A stretch of DNA of 64,000 nt from Squalus acanthias (taxonomy: Eukaryota), in NCBI GenBank assembly GCA_030390025.1, contig CM059432.1:109742001-109806000 (forward strand). Direction: 5' to 3'. How positions within the stretch are numbered: position 1 is the first letter of the stretch; the number at the start of each line of letters is the position of its first letter. A program made the translations under genes and the position numbers. Below the pieces are notes generated by a model. The model was not told the DNA's origin and ran no database searches. It saw nothing but the letters and a program-made list of their open reading frames with translations. This document shows, one piece after another, positions 33,856 to 46,100 of this stretch.

Positions 33856-35352
33856 TTCTACACAATCTCTCATCATAGGACAATCCTCTCATCTCAGGAA
33901 TCAATCTAGTGAACCTTTGTTGCACCACCTCCAAGGGAAGTATATCCTTCCTTAGATAAGGAGAACAAAACTGTGCACAGTACTCGAGGTATGGTCTCAC
34001 CAAGGCCCTGTACAATTGTAGCAAGACTTCCTTACTGTTATACTCCAACTATCTTGCAATAAAGGCCAACATGCCATTTGCCTTCCTTATTGTTTGCTGT
34101 ACCTGCATGCTAGCTTTCCATGTTTTTTGCACGAGGACTCCCAAATCTCTCTGAACACCAACATTTGAAAGTTTCTCACCATTTAAAAAATATTCTGTTT
34201 TTCTCTTCTTCCTACCAAAGTGAATAACCTCACATTTCCCTACAAATACTCCATCTGCCAACTTACTTCCCACTCACTTAGTCTATCTATATCACTTTGC
34301 AGACTCTGTGTTCTCCTCACAGCTTACTGTCCCACCTAGCTTTGTATCATCAGCAAACTTCCATACATTACACCCGGTCCCTTCATCTCGGTCATTAATA
34401 TAGATTTTAAATAGCTGAGGCCTCAACACTGATCATTGTGGCACTCCACTAGTTACAGCTTGCCAACCTGAAAAAGATCCGTTTATCCCTAATCTCAGTT
34501 TTCTGTCCGTTAAACAATACTCTATCCATGCTATTATATTACCCCAACCCCCTGAGCCCTAATCTTGTGTAGTAACCTTTTATCGAATGCCTTTTGGAAA
34601 TCCAAAAATACTACATCCACTTGTTCCCCTTTATCTACCTTGCTATTTACATCCTCAAAAAACTCTAATAAATTTGTCAAACATGATTTCCCTTTCATAA
34701 AACCATGTTGACTCTGTCCAATCATGTTATGATTTTCTAAGTGACTTGATACCTCTTCCTTAACAATGGATTCCAGCATTTACCTGACGACTGATGTCAG
34801 GCTAACTGGCCTGTAGTTTCCTGATTTTTTTCTCCCTCCTTTTTTGTATAGCGGTGTTACATTTGCGACCTTCCAATCCGCTGGGACCATTCCAAAATCA
34901 TGGGAATTTTGGAAGATCAAAACCAATGCATCCACTATCTCTTCAGCCACATCTTTTAGAACCCTAGGATGTAGGCCATCAGGTCCAGGAGATTTGTCAG
35001 CTTTTAGTCCCATTAATTTCTCTAGTTCTTTTTCTCTACTTATATTAATTACGTTAAGTTCCTCACTCTCATTAGATGCTTGGTTCCCCACCATTTTTGA
35101 TATGCTTTTTGTGTCTTCTACTGTGAAGATAGATACAAAATATTTGTTTAACATTTCTGCCATTTCCTTATTCCCCATAATAATTTCTCCTGTCTCAGCC
35201 TCTAAGGGACCAATGTTTACTTTTGCTACTCTTTTCCTTTTTACATACTATAGAAACTCTTACAATCTGCTTTTATATTTCTTGCTAGTTTTCTCTCATA
35301 TTCCATTTTTTCCCTTTTTATCAATTATTTGGTCAACATTTGCTGGTTTCTG
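33856..35352 (-). mobile_element. Decayed CR1 ORF2 (RT) fragment with stops and frameshifts
   Basis: ORF pieces KSPGPDGLHPRVL, QHGFMKGKSCLTNLLEFF, DFQKAFD and LVRPYLEYC. Confidence 0.92.
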
Positions 35353-35359
35353 AAGCTCT

Positions 35360-35606
35360 TATTGTGATGCCTCTAGTTATGCTCTTCCCCACAAGTGGAA
35401 ACATTCTCCCTGTATCCACTCTATCAAAACCTTTCATAATTTTCAAGACCTTTATAAGGTCAGCCTTCTTTTTTCAAGAGAAAAGAAACCCAGCCTGTTC
35501 ATCATTTCCTAATAGGTGTACCGTCGCATTTCTTGTATCATCCTCGTAAATCTTCTCTGCACCCTCTCCAGTGCCTCTATATCCTTTAAATAATATGCCG
35601 ACCAGA
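35360..35606 (-). mobile_element. Short, old CR1 3'-region fragment
   Basis: The minus strand contains CTGGAGAGGGTGCAGAGAAGATTTACGAGGATGATA (LERVQRRFTRMI). Confidence 0.75.
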
Positions 35607-37007
35607 AGAGGCAGGACCAGTCACACAGGCTTTTTAAAGAGACAGGACCAGTCACACAGGCTTTTTAAAGAGATAGGACCAGTCACGCAGGCTTTTTAAA
35701 GAGACAGGACCAGTCACACAGGCTTTTTAAAGATACAGGACCAGTCACACAGGCTTTTTAAAGAGACAGGACCAGTCACACAGGCTTTTTAAAGAGACAG
35801 AACCAGTCACACAGGCTTTTTAAAGAGACAGGACCAGTCACACAGGCTTTTTAAAGAGATAGGACCAGTCACGCAGGCTTTTTAAAGAGACAGAACCAGT
35901 CACACAGGCTTTTTAAAGAGACAGGACCAGTCACACAGGCTTTTTAAAGAGACAGGACCAGTCACACAGGCTTTTTAAAGAGACAGAACCAGTCACACAG
36001 GCTTTCTAAAGAGACAGGACCAGTCACGCAGGCTTTTTAAAGAGACAGAACTAGTCACACAGGCTTTTTAAAGAGACAGGACCAGTCACGCAGGCTTTTT
36101 AAAGAGACAGGACCAGTCACACAGGCTTTTTAAAGAGACAGGACCAGTCACACGGGCTTTTTAAAGAGATAGGACCAGTCACGCAGGCTTTTTAAAGAGA
36201 CAGAACCAGTCACACAGGCTTTTTAAAGAGACAGGACCAGTCACACAGGCTTTTTAAAGAGATAGGACCAGTCACGCAGGCTTTTTAAAGAGACAGAACT
36301 AGTCACACAGGCTTTTTAAAGAGACAGAACCAGTCACGCAGGCTTTTTAAAGAGGTAGGACCAGTCTCACAGGCTTTTTAAAGAGACAGAATCAGTCACA
36401 TAGGCTTTTTAAAGAGACAGGACCAGTCACTCAGATTTTTTATGAGACAGGACCAGTCACACCTGCTTCTTAAAGAGACTGGACCAGTCGTATAGGTTTT
36501 TTAAAGGGTGAGGACCAGTCACACAGGCTTTTTAATGAGTCAAGACCAGTCACACTGGATTTTTAATGTGACAGGGCCAGTCACACAGGCTTTTTGTAGA
36601 GACAGGTCCAGTGACAAAGGCTTTTTAATAAGACAGGAACAGTCACACAGATTTTTTAACGGGATAGGCCCAGACACACAGGCTTTTAAAAGACGCAGGA
36701 CCAGTGACAATGGCATTTGAAGGAGACAGGACCAGTCACACAGGCTTTTTAAAGAGACAGAACCAGTGACAAAGGCTTTTTAATGAAATAAGACGAATCA
36801 CACAGGCTTTTTAGAGAGACAGGACTCATCACACAGGCTTTTTAAAGAGACAGGCCCAGTCACACAGGCTTTTTAAAGAGATGGGTCCTGTCACACAGGC
36901 TTTTTAAAGAGACAGGCCCAGTCACACAGGCTTTTTAAAGAGAAAGGATTAGTCACACAGGCTTTTTAAAGAGACAGGATCAGTCACACAGAATTATTAA
37001 AGAGACA
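35607..37007. repeat. 31-bp tandem repeat AGGACCAGTCACACAGGCTTTTTAAAGAGAC, about 45 units
   Basis: Directly visible. Homogeneous to about 36350, then degenerate. Confidence 0.97.
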
Positions 37008-37024
37008 AAATGCTGCAAACTAAA

Positions 37025-37103
37025 GGGCCTAGAAATTCCTCTCGGGTGGTGGCACAAAGCGGGCGGTATCAGATCCGAATCTCCGATCGGATATTCTAGG
37101 CCC
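37025..37103. mobile_element. Very small Harbinger-like MITE remnant (79 bp)
   Basis: TIRs GGGCCTAGAAATTCC ... GGATATTCTAGGCCC. Confidence 0.65.
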
Positions 37104-37104
37104 T

Positions 37105-40100
37105 CATATAGTGAAACACCAGGGTATAGAGTGCGGGACAATGGTACAGACTGAAAGACCTGGATACAGGGTGAGGGACGAAAATACAGCGTGAGGTACC
37201 AGGCTACAGTGTGAGGGACCTGGGTACAGTGTGAGGGACCAGGGAACAGTGAGAGGGAGCAGGGTATATTGTGAGGGACCAGGGAACAGTGTGAGGGACC
37301 AGGGAACAGTGTGAGGGACCAGGGAACAGTGTGAGGGACCAGGGAACAGTGTGAGGGACCAGGGAACAGTGTGAGGGACCAGGGAACAGTGTGAGGGACC
37401 AGGGCACAGTGTGAGGGACCAGGGCACAGTGTGAGGGACCAGGGAACAGTGTGAGGGACCAGGGAACAGTGTGAGGGACCAGGGAACAGTGTGAGGGACC
37501 AGGGTACAGTGTGAGGGACCAGGGTACAGTGTGAGGGACCAGGGCACAGTGTGAGGGACCAGGGTATATTGTGAGGGACATGGGTACAGTTTGAGGGACC
37601 TGGGTACAGTGTGAGGGACCAGGGTACAGTGTGAGGGACCAGGGTACAGTGTGAGGGACCAGGTTATAGTGTAAGGGTCCAGGGTATAGTGTTAGGGATC
37701 AGGGTACAGTGTGAGGGACCAGGGCACAGTGTGAGGGACCAGGGTATATTGTGAGGGACCAGGGAACAGTGTGAGGGACCAGGGAACAGTGTGAGGGACC
37801 AGGGTACAGTGTGAGGGACCAGGGCACAGTGTGAGGGACCAGGGCACAGTGTGAGGGACCAGGGTACAGTGTGAGGGTCCAGGGTATATTGTGAGGGACC
37901 AGGGTACAGTTTGAGGGACCTGGGTACAGTGTGAGGGACCAGGGTACAGTGTGAGGGACCAGGTTATAGTGTAAGGGTCCAGGGTATAGTGTTAGGGATC
38001 AGGGTACAGTGTGAGGGATCAATGTACAGTGTGAGGGTCCAGGGTACTGTGTGATGGACCAGGGTAAAGTGTAAGGGACCAGGGTACAGTTTGAGGGACC
38101 ATGGTACAGTGTGAGGGTCTAGGGTATAGTGTGACGTTCCAGGGTACAGTGTGAGGGACCAATGTACAGTGTGAGGGTCCAGGGTACTGTGTGATGGACC
38201 AGGGTAAAGTGTAAGGGACCAGGGTACAGTTTGAGGGACCATGGTGCAGTGTGAGGGTCTAGGGTACAGTGTGACGTTCCAGGGTACAGTGTGAGGGACC
38301 AATGTACAGTGTGAGGGTCCAGGGTACTGTGTGATGGACCAGGGTAAAGTGTAAGGGACCAAGGTACAGTTTGAGGGACCATGGTACAGTGTGAGGGTCT
38401 AGGGTATAGTGTGACGTTCCAGGGTACAGTGTGAGGGACCAATGTACAGTGTGAGGGTCCAAGGTACTGTGTGATGGACCAGGGTAAAGTGTAAGGGACC
38501 AAGGTACAGTTTGAGGGACCAGGGTACAGTGTGAGGGATCAGGATACAGTGTGAGGGACCAGTTTACAGTGTGAGGGACCAGGGTATTGTGTGAGGGACC
38601 AAGGTGCATTGTGAGGGACCTGGGTACAGTGTAAGGGACCAGGGTATTGTGTGAGGGACCAGGGTACATTGTGAGGGACCACGTTACAGTGTGAAGGACC
38701 AGGGTATTGTGTGAGGGACCAGGGTACATTGTGAGGGAGCAGGTTACAGTGTAAGGGACCAGGGTATTGTGTGAGGGACCAGGGTACAATGTGAGGGTCC
38801 AGGGTATAGTGTGAGGTTCCAGGGTACAGTGTGAGGGACCAGGATAAAGTGTGAGGGACCAGGGTACAGTGAGAGGCACCGTGTTAAAATGTGAGAGACC
38901 AAGATGCAGTGTGAGGGACAAGGTAACAGTGTGAGGGACCAGGGTACAGTGTGAGGGACCAGGGTACAGTGTGAGGGTCCAGGGTATATTGTGAGGGACC
39001 AGGGTACAGTGTGAGGGACCAGGGTACAGTTTGAGGGACCTGGGTATTGTGTGAGGGACCAGGGTACAGTGTGAGGGACCAGGGTACAGTTTGAGGGACC
39101 TGGGTACAGTTTGAGGGACCTGGGTACAGTGTGAGGGACCTGGGTACAGTGTGAGGGACCTGGGTACAGTGTGAGGGTCCAGGGTATATTGTGAGGGACC
39201 AGGGTACAGTTTGAGGGACCTGGGTACAGTGTGAGGGACCAGGGTACAGTGTGAGGGACCAGGTTATAGTGTAAGGGTCCAGGGTATAGTGTTAGGGATC
39301 AGGGTACAGTGTGAGGGACCAATGTACAGTGTGAGGGTCCAGGGTACTGTGTGATGGACCAGGGTAAAGTGTAAGGGACCAGGGTACAGTTTGAGGGACC
39401 ATGGTACAGTGTGAGGGTCTAGGGTATAGTGTGACGTTCCAGGGTACAGTGTGAGGGACCAATGTACAGTGTGAGGGTCCAAGGTACAGTGTGATGGACC
39501 AGGGTAAAGTGTAAGGGTCCAAGGTACAGTTTGAGGGACCATGGTACAGTGTGAGGGTCTAGGGTATAGTGTGACGTTCCAGGGTACAGTGTGAGGGACC
39601 AATGTACAGTGCAAGGGTCCAGGGTACTGTGTGATGGACCAAGGTAAACTGTAAGGGACCAGGGTACAGTTTGAGGGACCAGGGTACAGTGTGAGGGACC
39701 AGGGTACAGTTTGAGGGACCTGGGTACAGTGTGAGGCACCTGGGTACAGGGTGAGGGACCAGGATATAGTGAGAGACCAGGGTAGAGAGTGCGGGACCAC
39801 GGTACAGAGTGAAAGACCTGGGTACAGTGTGAGGGACGAGGGTACAGTGTGAGGTACCAGGCTATAGTGTGAGGGACCACGTTACAGTGTAAGGGACCAG
39901 GGAACAGTGTGAGGGACCAAGGTACAGTGTGAGGGTCCAGGGTACAGTGTGAGGGACGAGGGTACAGTGTGAGGGTCCAGGGTACAGTGTGAGCGTCCAG
40001 GGTACAGTGTGAGGGACCAGGGTACAGTGTGAGGGTCCAGGGTACAGTGTGACGGACCAGGGTATAGTGTGAGAGACCAGGGTATAATGTGAGGGACCAG

Positions 40101-43100
40101 GTTACAGTATGCGGGTCCATGGTATAGTGTGAGGGACCACGGTATAGTGTGAGGGACCAGGGTACAGTGTGAGGGACCAGGTTACAGTGTAAGGGACCAT
40201 GGTATAGTGTGAGGGACCAGGATAAAGTGAGAGGGACCAGGGTAAAGTGTGAGGGACCAGGGTACAGTGAGAGGCACCGTGTTAAAATGTGAGAGACCAG
40301 GATGCAGTGTGAGGGGCAAGGGTACAGTGTGATGGACCTGGGTACAGTGTGAGAGACCAGGGTACAGTGTGAGGGACCAGGGTACAGTGTGTGGGATCAG
40401 GGTACAGTGAGAGAGACCAGGGTACAGTGTGAGGGATCAGGATACAGTTTGAGGGACCTGGGTACAGTGTGAGTGACCAGGGTACAGTTTGAGGGACCAG
40501 GGTACAGTGTGAGGGATCAGGATACAATGTGAGGGACCAGTTTACAGTGTGAGGGACCAGGGTATTATGTGAGGGACCAAGGTGCATTGTGACGGACCTG
40601 GGTACAGTGTGAGGGACCAGGGTATTGTGTGAGGGACCAGGGTACATTGTGAGGGAGCAGGTTACAGTGTAAGGGACCAGGGTATTGTGTGAGGGACCAG
40701 GGTACAATGTGAGGGTCCAGGGTATAGTGTGAGGTTCCAGGGTACAGTGTGAGATTCCAGGGTATAGTGAGAGGCACCGTGTTAAAATGTGAGAGACCAA
40801 GATGCAGTGTGAGGGACAAGGGTACAGTGTGAGGGACCCAGGTACAGTGTGAGGGACCAGGGTACAGTGTGAGGGTCCAGGGTATATTGTGAGGGACCAG
40901 GGTACAGTTTGAGGGACCTGGGTACAGTGTGAGGGACCAGGTTATAGTGTAAGGGTCCAGGGTATAGTGTTAGGGATCAGGGTACAGTGTGAGGGACCAA
41001 TGTACAGTGTGAGGGTCCAGGGTACTGTGTGATGGACCAGGGTAAAGTGTAAGGGACCAGGGTACAGTTTGAGGGACCATGGTACAGTGTGAGGGTCTAG
41101 GGTATAGTGTGACGTTCCAGGGTACAGTGTGAGGGACCAATGTACAGTGTGAGGGTCCAAGGTACAGTGTGATGGACCAGGGTAAAGTGTAAGGGACCAA
41201 GGTACAGTTTGAGGGACCATGGTACAGTGTGAGGGTCTAGGGTATAGTGTGACGTTCCAGGGTACAGTGTGAGGGACCAATGTACAGTGCAAGGGTCCAG
41301 GGTACTGTGTGATGGACCAAGGTAAACTGTAAGGGACCAGTGTACAGTGTGAGGGACCAGGGTACAGTGTGAGGGTCCAGGGTATATTGTGAGGGACCAG
41401 GGTACAGTTTGAGGGACCAGGGTACAGTGTGAGGGTCCAGGGTATATTGTGAGGGACCAGGGTACAGTTTGAGGGACCTGGGTACAGTGTGAGGCACCTG
41501 GGTACAGGGTGAGTGACCAGGATATAGTGAGAGACCAGGGTATAGAGTGCGGGACCACGGTACAGAGTGAAAGACCTGGGTACAGTGTGAGGGACGAGGG
41601 TACAGTGTGAGGTACCAGGCTATAGTGTGAGGGACCACGTTACAGTGTAAGGGACCAGGGAACAGTGTGAGGGACCAAGGTACAGTGTGAGGGTCCAGGG
41701 TACAGTGTGAGGGACGAGGGTACAGTGTGAGGGTCCAGGGTACAGTGTGAGGGTCCAGGGTACAGTGTGAGGGACCAGGGTACAGTGTGAGGGACCAGGG
41801 TACAGTGTGAGGGTCCAGGGTACAGTGTGACGGACCAGGGTAAAGTGTAAGGGACCAGGGAATAGTGTGAGGGACCAGGGTATAGTGTGAGAGACCAGGG
41901 TATAGTGTGAGGGACCAGGTTACAGTGTAAGGGACCATGGTATAGTGTGAGGTACCATGGTATAGTGTGAGGGACCAGGGTACAGTGTGAGGGACCAGGA
42001 TAAAGTGAGAGGGACCAGGGTAAAGTGTGAGGGACCAGGGTGCAGTGAGAGGCACCGTGTTAAAATGTGAGAGACCAGGATGCAGTGTGAGGGGCAAGGG
42101 TACAGTGTGATGGACCTGGGTACAGTGTGAGAGACCAGGGTACAGTGTGAGGGACCAGGGTACAGTGTGAGGGACCAGGGTACAGTGTGAGAGACCAGGG
42201 TACAGTTTGAGGGACCTGGGTACAGTGTGAGTGACCAGGGTACAGTTTGAGGGACCAGGGTACAATGTGAGGGTCCAGGGTATAGTGTGAGGGGCAAGGG
42301 TACAGTGTGAGGGACCAGGGTACAGTGTGAGGGACCAGACTACAGTGTGAGGGACCAGGGTACAGTGTGAGGGACCAGGGTATTGTGTGAGGGACCAAGG
42401 TGCATTGTGAGGGACCTGGGTACAGTGTGAGGGACCAGGGTATTGTGTGAGGGACCAGGGTACATTGTGAGGGACCACGTTACAGTGTGAAGGACCAGGG
42501 TAAAGTGTGAGGTTCCAGGGTACAGTGAGAGGCACCGTGTTAAAATGTGAGAGACCAAGATGCAGTGTGAGGGACAAGGGTACAGTGTGAGGGACCCGGG
42601 TACAGTGTGAGGGACCAGGGTAAAGTGTGAGGTTCCAGGGTACAGTGAGAGGCACCGTGTTAAAATGTGAGAGACCAAGATGCAGTGTGAGGGACAAGGG
42701 TACAGTGTGAGGGACCCGGGTATTGTGTGAGGGACCAGGGTATTGTGTGAGGGACCAGGGTACATTGTGAGGGACCAGGGTATTGTGTGAGGGACCCGGG
42801 TACAGTGTGCAGGACCAGGGTACAGTTTGAGGGACCAGGGTATTGTGTGAGGGACCAGGGTATTGTGTGAGGGACCAGGGTACATTGTGAGGGACCAGGG
42901 TATTGTGTGAGGGCCCATGGTACAGTGTGAGGGACCAGGATACAGTGTGAGGGTCCAGGGTACAGTGTGACGGACCAGGGTAAAGTGTAAGGAACCAGGG
43001 AATAGTGAGAGAGACCAGGATACAGTGTGAGGGACCAGGGTACAGTGTGAGGGACCAGGATAAAGTGAGAGGGACCAGGGTACAGTGAGAGGCACCGTGT

Positions 43101-46100
43101 TAAAATGTGAGAGAACAGGATGCAGTGTGAGGGGCAAGGGTACAGTGTGATGGACCTGGGTACAGTGTGAGAGACCAGGGTACAGTGTGAGGGACCAGGG
43201 TACAGTGTGAGGGACCAGGGTACAGTGTGAGGGACCAGGGTACAGTGTGTGGGACCAGGGTACAGTGAGAGAGACCAGGGTACAGTGTGAGGGATCAGGA
43301 TACAGTTTGAGGAACCTGGGTACAGTGTGAGTGACCAGGGTACAGTTTGAGGGACCAGGGTACAGTGTGAGGGATCAGGATACAGTGTGAGGGACCAGTT
43401 TACAGTGTGAGGGTCCAGGGTATTGTGTGAGGGACCAGGGTACATTGTGAGGGACCAGGTTACAGTGTAAGGGACCAGGGTATTGTGTGAGGGACCAGGG
43501 TACATTGTGAGGGACCACGTTACAGTGTGAAGGACCAGGGTATTGTGTGAGGGACCAGGGTACATTGTGAGGGACCACGTTACAGTGTGAAGGACCAGGG
43601 TATTGTGTGAGGGACCAGGGTACATTGTGAGGGACCAGGGTACAGTGTGAGGGACCAGGGTATAGTGTGAGGTTCCAGGGTACATTGTGAGGGACCAGGT
43701 TACAGTGTAAGGGACCAGGGTATTGTGTGAGGGACCGTGTTAAAATGTGAGAGACTAAGATGCAGTGTGAGGGACAAGGGTACAGTGTGAGGGACCAGGG
43801 TACAGTGTGAGGGACCAGGGTATTGTGTGAGGGACCAGGGTACATTGTGAGGGACCACGTTACAGTGTGAAGGACCAGGGTATTGTGTGAGGGACCAGGG
43901 TACATTGTGAGGGACCAGGTTACAGTGTAAGGGACCAGGGTATTGTGTGAGGGACAAGGGTACAATGTGAGGGTCCAGGGTATAGTGTGAGGTTCCAGGG
44001 TACAGTGTGAGGGACCAGGATAAAGTGTGAGGGACCAGGGTACAGTGTGAGGGACAAGGGTACAGTGTGAGGGACCCGGGTACAGTGTGCAGGACCAGAG
44101 TACAGTTTGAGGGACCAGGGTACAGTTTGAGGGACCTGGGTACAGTGTGAGGGACCTGGGTACAGTGTGAGGGACCTGGGTACAGTGTGAGGGTCCAGGG
44201 TATATTGTGAGGGACCAGGGTACAGTTTGAGGGACCTGGGTACAGTGTGAGGGACCAGGTTATAGTGTAAGGGTCCAGGGTATAGTGTTAGGGATCAGGG
44301 TACAGTGTGAGGGACCAATGTACAGTGTGAGGGTCCAGGGTACTGTGTGATGGACCAGGGTAAAGTGTAAGGGACCAGGGTACAGTTTGAGGGACCATGG
44401 TACAGTGTGAGGGTCTAGGGTATAGTGTGACGTTCCAGGGTACAGTGTGAGGGACCAATGTACAGTGTGAGGGTCCAAGGTACTGTGTGATGGACCAGGG
44501 TAAAGTGTAAGGGACCAAGGTACAGTTTGAGGGACCATGGTACAGTGTGAGGGTCTAGGGTATAGTGTGACGTTCCAGGGTACAGTGTGAGGGACCAATG
44601 TACAGTGTGAGGGTCCAGGGTACTGTGTGATGGACCAAGGTAAACTGTAAGGGACCAGGGTACAGTTTGAGGGACCAGGGTACAGTGTGAGGGACCAGGG
44701 TACAGTGTGAGGGTCCAGGGTATATTCTGAGGGACCAGGGTACAGTGTGAGGCACCTGGGTACAGGGTGAGGGACCAGGATATAGTGAGAGACCAGGGTA
44801 TAGAGTGCGGGACCACGGTATAGAGTGAAAGACCTGGGTACAGTGTGAGGGACGAGGGTACAGTGTGAGGGACCAGGCTATAGTGTGAGGGACCACGTTA
44901 CAGTGTAAGGGACCAGGGAACAGTGTGAGGGACCAAGGTACAGTGTGAGGGTCCAGGGTACAGTGTGAGGGACCAGGGTACAGTGTGAGGGTCCAGGGTA
45001 CAGTGTGAGGGTCCAGGGTACAGTGTGAGGGACCAGGGTACAGTGTGACGGACCAGGGTAAAGTGTGAGGGACCAGGGAATAGAGTGAGGGACCAGGGTA
45101 CAGTGTGAGGGTCCAGGGTACAGTGTGAGGGTCCAGGGTACAGTGTGACGGACCAGGGTACAGTGTGAGGGTCCAGGGTAAAGTGTGAGGGACCAGGGTA
45201 AAGTGTGAGGGACCAGGGTACAGTGTGACGGACAAGGGTATAGTGTGAGAGACCAGGGTATAGTGTGAGGGACCAGGTTACAGTATGCGGGTCCATGCTA
45301 TAGTGTGAGGGACCACGGTATTGTGTGAGGGACCAGGGTACAGTGTGAGGGACCAGGTTACAGTGTAAGGGACCATGCTATAGTGTGAGGTACCATGGTA
45401 TAGTGTGAGGGACCAGGGTACAGTGTGAGGGACCAGGATAAAGTGAGAGGGACCAGGGTAAAGTGTGAGGGACCAGGGTACAGTGAGAGGCACCGTGTTA
45501 AAATGTGAGAGACCAGGATGCAGTGTGAGGGGCAAGGGTACAGTGTGATGGACCTGGGTACAGTGTGAGAGACCAGGGTACAGTGTGAGGGACCAGGGTA
45601 CAGTGTGAGGGACCAGGGTACAGTGTGAGGGACCAGGGTACAGTGTGTGGGACCAGGGTACAGTGTGAGAGACCAGGGTACAGTGTGAGGGACCAGGGTA
45701 CAGTGTGAGGGTCTAGGGTACAGTGTGAGGGACCAGGGTACAGTTGTGGGACCAGGGTACAGTGTGAGAGACCAAGGTACAGTGTGAGGGACCAGGGTAC
45801 AGTGTGAGAGACCAGGGTACAGTGTGAGGGACCAGGGTACAGTGTGAGGGACCAGGGTACAGTGTGAGAGACCAGGGTACAGTGTGAGGGACCAGGGTAC
45901 AGTGTGAGAGACCAGGGTACAGTTGTGGGACCAGGGTACAGTGTGATGGACCAGGGTACAGTTGTGGGACCAGGGTACAGTGTGAGGGACCAGGGTACAG
46001 TGTGAGGGACCAGGGTACAGTGTGAGAGACCAGGGTACAGTGTGAGGGACCAGGGTACAGTGTGTGGGACCAGGGTACAGTGTGAGAGACCAAGGTACAG

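Noticed and set aside
37400..37860. CACAGTG heptamers resembling V(D)J recombination signals
   Set aside because: They are single-base variants of the TACAGTG satellite unit, with no nonamer at 12/23 spacing and no V/J segments.
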